From positions 1-64,000 of IMG/VR virus record IMGVR_UViG_3300035698_013060: a DNA stretch of 64,000 nt. One strand, written 5' to 3'. The notes under the pieces were generated by a model. The model worked only from the letters and a program-made list of their open reading frames with translations. It was not told where the DNA came from and ran no database searches. Positions 55,599-64,000 of the stretch are shown piece after piece; position 1 is the first letter of the stretch; each line of letters begins with the position of its first letter. The position numbers were made by a program, and so were the translations under genes.

Positions 55599-58424
55599 GT
55601 GTACATATCTTATTTAAGACTCGTTAACTTTACAGGAGTCTTCTCGGGGACCGGTCGTAGTGACATCGAGATTGAATTTCCGGACCCAAAGTCAATGTCG
55701 TCTAGGGTAATCTTGTTCATGGGAGCCAATGGCTCAGGCAAGTCAACTACTATGTCTCACCTACATCCCTTTGCTGGGAGCTTCGATGGTCGTGAAGACA
55801 CTATGGTTAGGACCAATGAAGACGGTCTTAAACAGATCCAACTGATCGACGGTGATACTGTATACGACATTGAACACCATTATATACGTTCCGGTAAGAA
55901 GCCGAAGACTAAGAGCTTCATCCAGATTTCTCAGGTTGGTGACGAGAAATCGACTGAACTGAACGAGAATGGTGGAGTTGGTACCTTCAAGGATGTTTTA
56001 GTCGAACGCCTCGGATTGACGGAAGAATTTTTCAAGGTCGGTAGACTGGCTTCAACGACCTCCAACTTCGTGGAGTTGTCCGCAGCACAGAGGAAAGACT
56101 TCATTACGTCTCATCTTCCCAGAGTAGAGCCGTACTTGGAAGCTTTCGGGCATGTTAGGAAGAAGTGCTCGACTAGTGAAAAAACTATGAAGTATCTCGC
56201 CTCAGAGATCTCACGGTACGACGACAGAGAGCAAGTTAACACTGAGATGAACGACGCTAAAAGAGAACTGAAGCGTCGGGATAAAGCTCTGCGAATTCGA
56301 CAAGGTGACGTCTCTGTAACTCAGAGTAAGATTGATACTCTGGTTGAAAAGATCGGTGATGGTACGGAAACCAAAGCCGAGCTCGAGACTGAGCTTCAAG
56401 AATCTTTAGAGTCTTTGGAGGAAGAGCTGGAAACTGTTGTGGAAACGACTGGCGTAGATTACGAAGATGTAGAGACGGTTCAAACTTCGTCGAAAACAAC
56501 CGTAGCTAGGTTGGAACAGGACTTTGATACACAGGATTCACGAATGAGTGAACTGCGTAACGAATTGATCAAGATCGAGAAAGGTTTGGCTGTCAAGGAG
56601 CGCAGGCTTGCTTCTGTCGGAGAACGAGGAGTTGATATCAAGAAACTCCAGAAGGTAGCCAAGGACGAAAAGGTTGAGAAAAAGGCCTCTACTAAGAAGG
56701 CTCAATCTCTTCTGAAAAACTCGACTATCAAAAGGTTTCTTTCACTCGCTGACCATATTCCTGAGTCTCGTTACAGGGGCGAAGCTAGGATGGGTTTAAT
56801 TGAAGCCTCCAGACTCGTCGCTGAGATCTTTCAGTTCCATTCTTCTGTCGAAGCTGACGAAGATGACAACTTCTTTGAGAGTATCACTGAAGAGATCATT
56901 GATCCCAGTTGTAGAGAAGCTACGCTTACTGCAAAGCATGCAGCTGAAGGACTCAGAAAAGACTACATCAAGGCTAAAGAAGACTTGGAGGAACTGGAAC
57001 GTGCAGCCAAGGCTGCTGATGAACTCAATCTCAGACCAGAGGATTGCTCCATTGACTCATGTCATTTCCTCCAGGATGCTGTAGAAGGAAGTAAGAAAGC
57101 CAAGATGATTCCAAAGGCCAAGAGGAAACTGAAGGATATCAAAGAGAAAGGTTTGGAGCAGAAAGAAGCAGCTGAATACTATTCTGCTGTAATGAACGCA
57201 GCCGGGTATGTAAGACAGTTAGCAGAGTTATTAGCTCAAGGCGAAGCCTTTGAAGGTGTTATCCTTCAGAGTAAGAACAAGAAGAACAATCTTGTACCGT
57301 TCTCTCGAGCCATTTTCTCAGGGATGGATCCGTTTGATGTTCCTTCTGTCGCTTCGTACGTCGGTGAAACCGGTGAACTTCATTTCAGAAGTGCTGCTGA
57401 GTCATGTCAGGTTATCTTTGACTATCTGGAATACTTGGAAGACATCCAGAGACATAACGTGAATGCAACAGCTGCTGAAGAGAAGATTGCAACTGTTGAA
57501 GGAAGCGTGGAGTTGGTAACCGGATTGAAGACTGAGATAACCGAATCCAAGAATGATGTTACTAAAAGGAAGACTGCTATCTCTAAGAAGCTCAAAAAGC
57601 TAGTTGAGACTGAAAGACGTCGCAACGAAGCTAGAGAAGTCTGTAGAGGAGCTGATAGAGTAGCTATTCTTGTGAAGAAGTACTCTAAGGCTAAAGAAGA
57701 GCTGACTGAGGTATCGAAGTCTCTTGGTAAGGTTCGGAAGCAGATAAAGCAACTCTCTGATTTCAGAGAGAAGTTAACAGAACAAACTGAGAGTATGGAG
57801 ACTGATGAAAAGTCCAGGGATGCTGCCGCTGAGAAAACTAGACTCTTAGAGGTCAAGATCTCCAAACTGGACGAGTACCAAACTCGATACGATGAGTTCC
57901 AGGCCAGCTACGTTAAACAGGTTGCAGTCAGAGATGCCTGTGATCCTAAGAAGGGTCTCCCACTTGCATTCATGAGAGAATTCATGGCCTCTACTGAAGT
58001 GACAGCAAATACACTCTTCGACATGGCTTTTCGAGGCCGTTTCAGGGTCGGATTTGAAGTCAGTGAAAAGGAGTTCAAGGTCCCTGTTCTAAAGGATGAC
58101 GGTGACATTCTACCGGACGTCAGTTATGCCAGCGACGGAGAGCGAGCTTTGGTCAAGACCATCGTTTCACTTGCTTTACTCAGTCGATACGTCAATGTAT
58201 TCCCGATTCTCGCTATGGATGAGGTAGATGCTACCTTAGACGAAGAGCACAGAGGGAATTTCGCACAGATATTAGACAACCAGGTTGAGGAGCTTGACCT
58301 ATCACAGGTCTTCGCCATCAGCCACAACGAAAACTTCCGTGATCCTAGCGTTTCTGTTGTCCTATTTCCAGGACATACGCTCGGTGAGGGAGAGACAAAT
58401 CCGGTGTTGATGGACTTCTCATAA
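55599..58424 (+). CDS. SbcC/Rad50-like SMC ATPase
   Basis: Walker A GANGSGKST, long coiled coils, CSIDSC hook-like motif, ASDGE signature, Walker B AMDEVD, ISHNE. Confidence 0.93.
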   Translation: MYISYLRLVNFTGVFSGTGRSDIEIEFPDPKSMSSRVILFMGANGSGKSTTMSHLHPFAGSFDGREDTMVRTNEDGLKQIQLIDGDTVYDIEHHYIRSGKKPKTKSFIQISQVGDEKSTELNENGGVGTFKDVLVERLGLTEEFFKVGRLASTTSNFVELSAAQRKDFITSHLPRVEPYLEAFGHVRKKCSTSEKTMKYLASEISRYDDREQVNTEMNDAKRELKRRDKALRIRQGDVSVTQSKIDTLVEKIGDGTETKAELETELQESLESLEEELETVVETTGVDYEDVETVQTSSKTTVARLEQDFDTQDSRMSELRNELIKIEKGLAVKERRLASVGERGVDIKKLQKVAKDEKVEKKASTKKAQSLLKNSTIKRFLSLADHIPESRYRGEARMGLIEASRLVAEIFQFHSSVEADEDDNFFESITEEIIDPSCREATLTAKHAAEGLRKDYIKAKEDLEELERAAKAADELNLRPEDCSIDSCHFLQDAVEGSKKAKMIPKAKRKLKDIKEKGLEQKEAAEYYSAVMNAAGYVRQLAELLAQGEAFEGVILQSKNKKNNLVPFSRAIFSGMDPFDVPSVASYVGETGELHFRSAAESCQVIFDYLEYLEDIQRHNVNATAAEEKIATVEGSVELVTGLKTEITESKNDVTKRKTAISKKLKKLVETERRRNEAREVCRGADRVAILVKKYSKAKEELTEVSKSLGKVRKQIKQLSDFREKLTEQTESMETDEKSRDAAAEKTRLLEVKISKLDEYQTRYDEFQASYVKQVAVRDACDPKKGLPLAFMREFMASTEVTANTLFDMAFRGRFRVGFEVSEKEFKVPVLKDDGDILPDVSYASDGERALVKTIVSLALLSRYVNVFPILAMDEVDATLDEEHRGNFAQILDNQVEELDLSQVFAISHNENFRDPSVSVVLFPGHTLGEGETNPVLMDFS

Positions 58425-58461
58425 GAGAAAAAGATGCCAAAAAAGGCAGGAGGGTTGACAG

Positions 58462-58785
58462 TTGGCTGAGTACGAGAAACTGCAAAAGATCGAGAAAGCT
58501 CTGGACCACACGTTCAAAGCTTTGGGGTGGGACGAAGATGGTAACATGTTTGCGTTCATCGATGACGATGACGAAGACAACATGTTCATCAGTATCAGCG
58601 AAGATAGTGGTATTACCATCAAAATCAGAGAGACAATCCACACTAACCAGATCACGGTCTTTAAGGATGGGATCCCCCAACAGGGTAGGACCACTATCGC
58701 GGAGACCGTCAAAGTCGTCGTTGAAATGATGCTAAAGCCTTGGCTTGACGAGTTCTTGAAAGACATAGCACAGACTCTACTTTAG
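58462..58785 (+). CDS. Hypothetical protein
   Basis: GGAGG RBS + TTG. Confidence 0.7.
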   Translation: MAEYEKLQKIEKALDHTFKALGWDEDGNMFAFIDDDDEDNMFISISEDSGITIKIRETIHTNQITVFKDGIPQQGRTTIAETVKVVVEMMLKPWLDEFLKDIAQTLL

Positions 58786-58962
58786 ACCCGGGTGTTGGGG
58801 GGTCAGGTCCGATTCCTTAGTATAATCCGCGAGCATCCCGGGTCCAAGGTCTAACAATCCTTGTCTCCTTATGTAAACGGCACCCCTTGCACTGGCGTGG
58901 AGCCATGTAATGGGAGGGCGACCGGAGCCCTTGCAGGACCACCGGTAAATTTTCAGGAGAGA

Positions 58963-59271
58963 ATGATGACAATCACAGACCATTTAAAGGCATACGTCGA
59001 GCAGGCCGGTTTAGTTCCTGGAACTATGGACTATTACCTGGCAGAAAATGCCTTTTGGTTTGCAGCAGCTAGTGTCTTTAATGAAATCCTTAGCGTAACC
59101 AATAAGCCAAAGCTCATCAGCAGTTACGTGCTCAGGGAGCAGCTAGAGGCAATGAGGGGAGAAATTGAGGGAGGAGCTAAGAAAGCTGTCATTGATGCCT
59201 TTCTATCTAGATTCAAAACTCAAGGAGAGGAAAACGATGAAATTGAACAACGACCAGATGGCAACCCTTAG
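58963..59271 (+). CDS. Hypothetical protein
   Basis: AGGAG RBS, start moved to MMTITD. Confidence 0.7.
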   Translation: MMTITDHLKAYVEQAGLVPGTMDYYLAENAFWFAAASVFNEILSVTNKPKLISSYVLREQLEAMRGEIEGGAKKAVIDAFLSRFKTQGEENDEIEQRPDGNP

Positions 59272-59605
59272 AGTAGCCTTTCAACACGGTCCTGAGAGAT
59301 GCATGGTACGCTTGAGAGCTTCTGACAAGAAGTGTACTCTCATGGTCCGCAAAGGACAAGCAAAGGCCGTCCCACTGAGAGAGCTTGGAGGCATGGCAGC
59401 TAGGGCTGTTCTCAACATGTGCACCGAGATTCGGAAAGACCGGATGGCTGTGTACTACAAGTTCAAGCAAGAGGCTCTCAACGCCTACCAGGAGGAAATG
59501 GATCGTGTGCGAAAAACCAAACAAGGTGAAGGTGGGAGTACTGGGACCGGGACACAACCAGGACAGACAAGCTCAGATGATGATAGAGGGGCTGAAACAA
59601 AGTAG
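59237..59605 (+). CDS. Hypothetical protein
   Basis: GGAGAGG RBS, start MKLNND. Confidence 0.7.
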   Translation: MKLNNDQMATLRVAFQHGPERCMVRLRASDKKCTLMVRKGQAKAVPLRELGGMAARAVLNMCTEIRKDRMAVYYKFKQEALNAYQEEMDRVRKTKQGEGGSTGTGTQPGQTSSDDDRGAETK

Positions 59606-59918
59606 TTTGAATGAGATAATTCCGGTGAAGACAGAGATGGAGCTGGAACAAGAGGAAGCGAAGAAAAACTGGCCTGGTCCTGAGGAAGAGAAACCTCAAG
59701 TAGTCTTCCCTTTCAAAAAGACCCCAGACGCGTCAGCGGCTATGCTATTGGCAATGGCCTCCTCAATGGGCGGAGCTATGTATGGAGGATCAGGGAGAGG
59801 AGCCAAAGGAGTCGGCTTTGGATCCAAGCAAACGAAGAGTCGTTCCAAGAGCCAAAAGACCAAGCGCAACACGGCTAAGGCTAGTAAGCGAAGTAACAGG
59901 AGAAAGAAGAAGAAATGA
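59577..59918 (+). CDS. Hypothetical protein with basic tail
   Basis: KRNTAKASKRSNRRKKKK C-terminus; start uncertain. Confidence 0.6.
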   Translation: MMIEGLKQSSLNEIIPVKTEMELEQEEAKKNWPGPEEEKPQVVFPFKKTPDASAAMLLAMASSMGGAMYGGSGRGAKGVGFGSKQTKSRSKSQKTKRNTAKASKRSNRRKKKK

Positions 59919-60919
59919 TTAATTTCATCCAGAAGGCATCTTATGACAGAGCTCTGAAACTGGCTTCAGCCAATTTCACCTCCGATACGAAGATTCCTGA
60001 CTGGACAACGGAGAAGGGCTGGGAGGCTGAGATCGGAATGGATTTAGCCTCCCTAGCTCTGCATCCTGGTCTGGTTTGGGACCATAATAGAGAGAAGGCT
60101 ATTCATTTTTCCAAGAGGGTGGTGTTTGCTACGAACATCAACAAGACCAATGGAGTGGCTCATATCATTCTTCCGGCGTTCGTCAGCGATCCTTTCACAG
60201 ATGATCGTCGAATTGACTACGATGAAATCGAGAACGCAGTGTGGTATGCCCACAGGGCCATGGAAAGAATCTATACCACCAAAAAAGATGATTCCTGGGT
60301 TAGACGGAAAGTCGGTATCACCGGTCTGGCTGATATGCTTCTCATGCTGAACATCAGGTATGATAGCATGGAGGGACTGGAAGTCTGCCGAGAAGTCTGT
60401 TACCATGTGGCAAGAGCTTCATGGATGGCGTCTATCGTTCATCATGGAGAGAATCTTTCATTCGATACGCATAGCTACATAAGGTCAGATAAGCTCGATA
60501 GGTTCTTGAACCAAGCCGGTCGTAGACTCGACAACGTTATCATGAAGCAGATGAGAACGTCATCCAAATTCAGATATTTTGACGGAACAACGGCTGACAG
60601 TCCTCCTGCTAACGCATGCGAGATTGCCAATTTTGTATCTTCCGGAGTGGGAGTTCTACAACCGACGAGGGCATGGTGGAAAGATAGTAACGACAGATCT
60701 GACACCGAGTTCGGTTACTCCTTTATGGAGTTCGTCAGATGGTTCTATGAGATCGAGTCAGGTGTTAGCATCTCTCGTGACAATCCTCCGGAATTCCTTG
60801 ATAGATGTTGGGCTATCGATCACAACGTCTACAATACTTGTTGTAAAGGGATCTCTGAACCGAATGTATGCATGAAGTATACATGGGTCTATGAGATCAT
60901 TGCCCTGGACCTGCTCTGA
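59915..60919 (+). CDS. Degenerate ribonucleotide reductase large-subunit-like protein (catalytic loop missing)
   Basis: HPGLVWD, FVSDPFT...IDYDEI, RRKVGITGLADML..LNIRYDS.EG, PPANACEIANFVSSGVG align with NrdJ/NrdA; NPCGE absent. Confidence 0.75.
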   Translation: MINFIQKASYDRALKLASANFTSDTKIPDWTTEKGWEAEIGMDLASLALHPGLVWDHNREKAIHFSKRVVFATNINKTNGVAHIILPAFVSDPFTDDRRIDYDEIENAVWYAHRAMERIYTTKKDDSWVRRKVGITGLADMLLMLNIRYDSMEGLEVCREVCYHVARASWMASIVHHGENLSFDTHSYIRSDKLDRFLNQAGRRLDNVIMKQMRTSSKFRYFDGTTADSPPANACEIANFVSSGVGVLQPTRAWWKDSNDRSDTEFGYSFMEFVRWFYEIESGVSISRDNPPEFLDRCWAIDHNVYNTCCKGISEPNVCMKYTWVYEIIALDLL

Positions 60920-60976
60920 AACTCATATTAGGTCCAGGACGCTGGAACAACAAACCCTGAAATAGGAGATAGGTGC

Positions 60977-62821
60977 ATGGATATAACGCGCATGGAGATA
61001 GAACAGCTGCTGGAAGGCGGCAGAGACTTCCGTGATAGCACTAAGTGGATGGTCATGGGATCTCACTTCGATGACTATAGAAATGAGTCCCTTAGGATCG
61101 GCTTCCCGAATGGGGACGAGATTGAGACCACTCGCAAAGAGTTGATGGTCAACCTCATCGTACTTCCTATCTTCCCGAAGTTCGGAGTGGAGTTGGAGCC
61201 AGAGCTCTGGTTCGACTCGGAGGTCTATGGGTCCGACATGGCTGAGTACTTCGATATGGCCATCACAGCCCTTGGAGAGGTCGAGGACGTCGGGGCAGTC
61301 AACAGAGCGGTAGCTGAAGCCATCGCTGAGCTCTCATCGTTAGCGGTGGACGCTAACGTGAGAATAGGAAGCACCGTAAACCTCTGGGAGCTCGGACGTG
61401 TCTGTGACGAGGTTCCTAGGCTTGATGAGATTCTACACACGGACATGAGTGCTGTTGGGGATTTCCGTAAGGTTGAACTCCGCATCAACGAGCTCATGAG
61501 AGAAGCAGAAGATCTCCTCTCGGAGCACTCTCAGATCTATAAGGCGCTTCTACGGAATACCAATTCGGATCAGTTCAAACAGATTCTTGTCAGCATCGGT
61601 CCCAAGCCGAACTTGTTTGGAGAGGTCATTCCGGAGCTTCCGGACACCAACTTCATGCGAGGTCTGAGGAACGTTCAAGACTTCTTTCTGATGTCAGAGA
61701 CGGCCAGGAAGGTCCTGATCACGACTCACAGATCGGTCAGACAATCGGGCTATCTCACCAGGAAGCTCTCGTTACTAACCATCGACACACTACTCAGTGA
61801 AGAAGATGACTGTGGCACTCAGCACTGCGTGAAATTTGAGATCACTGACGAAGATGCTCTTTCTCGTATCAAGGGAAGATGGTATAAGGAGACCACCACA
61901 TCAGATGAGCTGGTTATGGTGGATCCTGACAACGAGTCGTTGATCGGAAAGACCATATTTCTGCGATCCCCGATGACGTGTGCAGGGACAGATGTCTGTC
62001 GGACTTGCTATGGTGATCTTTGGAGAGTTAACAAGGACATGCATGTCGGCATCGTTGCCGTACTGTTCTTGACCAGTCAGTTCACCCAGAGGCTTCTATC
62101 GGCAAAGCATCTACTTCAGACCCGTTCTCCTGACTTGGATTGGGGTGAGAAGTTCTTGATGGCATTTTCTGTTGATAGATCCATCGTCACAGTCCTCCCG
62201 GACTTCAATGCCACGTTGGTTTTAGATGACGATGACGTCGAAGACGACGAGAGTACTGGAGAGAAGTACATCACCGGCATGACCTTGACTACCTCGTCGA
62301 GGGAACTCAGGATTCCACTCCCAGCCCAACTGTATTTCACTGATGACTTTCAGAAAGCCCTACCAGGTTTCAGGACATCAGAGGGAAAGTTCGAAATCAA
62401 ACTCAAGGACTTCGTTGATGAGGTCATCTTCTCAGTGTTCATCCAGAACGAGGAGATCACTCAGTCTCTCAATCAGATCAAGGCGTTGATCGAAAACAAG
62501 GATCATCTTGGGGCCGAAACGATTGATGAGATGGTAAGCATGATGTTCGGTCTGCTCAGTGGCAACGGTATCTTGTTGGACATGATTCACATCGAGTGCA
62601 TCATGCGGAACTTGATACGGGATCCGGAAGACATCTCCGAAAGGCCGGACTTCCATACGGAATCACCGGACTACGTCATCTTAAGGCTGGCTGACTCCAT
62701 CCTTCACGGGAAGAGTGTCACCGTCGGTCTTTCGTTCGAAAATCTCAAACAGCAGCTTAACTCAGCCAGGACGTTCCGTAAGGAAGGTTCCTCATTGATA
62801 GACTGCTTCTTCGAAAGGTAG
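60977..62821 (+). CDS. RNA polymerase beta-prime C-terminal half (bridge helix, trigger loop)
   Basis: NFMRGL, SGYLTRKL, EDDCGT, LRSPMTC, VCRTCYG, TQRLLSAKH, HIECIMR, LSFE; early promoter at 60924-60931. Confidence 0.95.
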   Translation: MDITRMEIEQLLEGGRDFRDSTKWMVMGSHFDDYRNESLRIGFPNGDEIETTRKELMVNLIVLPIFPKFGVELEPELWFDSEVYGSDMAEYFDMAITALGEVEDVGAVNRAVAEAIAELSSLAVDANVRIGSTVNLWELGRVCDEVPRLDEILHTDMSAVGDFRKVELRINELMREAEDLLSEHSQIYKALLRNTNSDQFKQILVSIGPKPNLFGEVIPELPDTNFMRGLRNVQDFFLMSETARKVLITTHRSVRQSGYLTRKLSLLTIDTLLSEEDDCGTQHCVKFEITDEDALSRIKGRWYKETTTSDELVMVDPDNESLIGKTIFLRSPMTCAGTDVCRTCYGDLWRVNKDMHVGIVAVLFLTSQFTQRLLSAKHLLQTRSPDLDWGEKFLMAFSVDRSIVTVLPDFNATLVLDDDDVEDDESTGEKYITGMTLTTSSRELRIPLPAQLYFTDDFQKALPGFRTSEGKFEIKLKDFVDEVIFSVFIQNEEITQSLNQIKALIENKDHLGAETIDEMVSMMFGLLSGNGILLDMIHIECIMRNLIRDPEDISERPDFHTESPDYVILRLADSILHGKSVTVGLSFENLKQQLNSARTFRKEGSSLIDCFFER

Positions 62822-62827
62822 GGAAAC

Positions 62828-63256
62828 ATGGCGACGGAAGCGAAAAGAGAGTGGATGTCCGAAGCTCTGAAATACATGTGGGACAAACTGCTGGGAGTCG
62901 TCAGCGGGAATCTTCTCGAAGATGACGTTCTTGCCGTTATGCTTAAGATAGAGGAAACGATCCTCTATAACGGGTACTCTGTTAAGTACGGAAGGGCTAG
63001 AGACAAGGCTCCACACCAGATCATCAAGATCTATGAGACCCCAAAGGGATCCAAACAGTTTGCAGTGTTTACGATGCTGTTGGGTGGCGAATCCTCCAAA
63101 AAGATCATCGACGACAACAACCAGGAACGCCTTATGCTAGGTGAGATCTGGGATGATAGTCGAGGTAAGAAACGGAAGATTGGTCCTGGTAAAAAGGGTC
63201 ATCGGAGAGAGGAGAATGATAAGAATGCAAGTAATGATAAACCTCCTTCAGTCTGA
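62828..63256 (+). CDS. Hypothetical protein
   Basis: 142-aa ORF directly after RNAP gene. Confidence 0.7.
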   Translation: MATEAKREWMSEALKYMWDKLLGVVSGNLLEDDVLAVMLKIEETILYNGYSVKYGRARDKAPHQIIKIYETPKGSKQFAVFTMLLGGESSKKIIDDNNQERLMLGEIWDDSRGKKRKIGPGKKGHRREENDKNASNDKPPSV

Positions 63257-64000
63257 AGAGACAGTGCTTAAAGAGACCTGGAATTCAATTCTGGATCTAT
63301 GTTATCATTGTGTGGCTGGAGATGTTAAAAGGGCTCGTGAAAGAACCCTTGAGGGTTTGGAACTCTATATCGCATCTCTAGGCTACTCCGTTGACTTCGT
63401 CTCTGCGGCAAAGGAACAAGGTCCTAACTACCTTGAGTTAGTACACTGGCCTCTAAAAGGGGAATGTCAGTTCATCAACTATAAGTTCTCAATTTGTAGG
63501 GGTCATCCCAACGACCCTCTCAAACTTATCATCGATGCCAACAACAACGCCAGAAAAGATTTGGTGGAACCTCTGAGAAGCGGAGCCAATAATCACCGCA
63601 AGGTGATTAGAGACAAGGCTGGAAGGCCCTTCAAGCCTCATCTCCCAGACCCGAAGCTGGATACTACATCCAAGGTTGAGGCTGATAGAGTCATAGCCAT
63701 GGAGATGTCTGAGGGAGACCCGATCGAATTCTGTGAGATCTGTCCTTCATTGGAAGGGTGTATCGTCAGAGTTGAGAAGTGCGACTTGAAACCTGAGAAA
63801 GTTGGAGTCGTGTATTGGGTGCAAGGTCAGAATGTCCATACCAAGAACAAGGGGACAACCATCGAGTTCAGGGTATGGGGAAAGACTCTCGACAAATCTG
63901 GGACCATCATTCGTATTCCAGACAAGAGCCAAAGTACAAGGAAAGAGAAAGATAAAGTCTCTACCTTTCCGTGCACCAACATCAAAGTGATCGCTGACAG
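63216..64000 (+). CDS. Hypothetical protein, truncated by window end (not in ORF track)
   Basis: GAGGAG RBS; frame MIRMQVMINLLQSEE... stays open to position 64000. Confidence 0.75.
   Translation, partial: MIRMQVMINLLQSEETVLKETWNSILDLCYHCVAGDVKRARERTLEGLELYIASLGYSVDFVSAAKEQGPNYLELVHWPLKGECQFINYKFSICRGHPNDPLKLIIDANNNARKDLVEPLRSGANNHRKVIRDKAGRPFKPHLPDPKLDTTSKVEADRVIAMEMSEGDPIEFCEICPSLEGCIVRVEKCDLKPEKVGVVYWVQGQNVHTKNKGTTIEFRVWGKTLDKSGTIIRIPDKSQSTRKEKDKVSTFPCTNIKVIAD

Noticed and set aside
58785-58844. Host sigma70 promoter (TATAAT at 58821) or SRP RNA within a hairpin
   Set aside because: No convincing -35 box; the SRP GGAA loop/AGCAG motif is missing; hairpin is real but its function cannot be assigned

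Overview
64 kb segment of a jumbo myophage of the phiKZ/AR9(PBS1) type, read in the standard genetic code. It holds the head and tail core (major capsid protein, T4 gp21-like prohead protease, portal, terminase large subunit, tail sheath, tail tube). It also has four fragments of split multisubunit RNA polymerases, apparently from two enzymes, a family-B DNA polymerase split into two divergent genes, NAD-dependent ligase, SbcC/Rad50, an SSB-like protein, HU, dCMP deaminase, two tRNAs and a long tmRNA. Reading the intergenic DNA by eye gives two promoter classes: an early-like [C/G]ATATTA motif and an AR9-like late AAC[A/T]-N6-T[G/A] motif, several copies sitting inside inverted repeats. The most interesting unexplained signals are: (1) about ten unrelated proteins sharing an N-terminal M-(L/I)-F-Y-type peptide, often followed by an (L/I)-x-E site, a candidate capsid-targeting system whose cargo includes ADP-ribosyltransferase-like, Cys-protease/transglutaminase-like and lipase proteins; (2) a set of unannotated structured RNAs, including a ~350-nt multibranched RNA with its own promoter and terminator and two hairpins with different stems but the same anti-Shine-Dalgarno-like C-rich loop; (3) a ribonucleotide-reductase-derived protein lacking its catalytic loop. 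All calls come from motif recognition by eye; no database searches were run.
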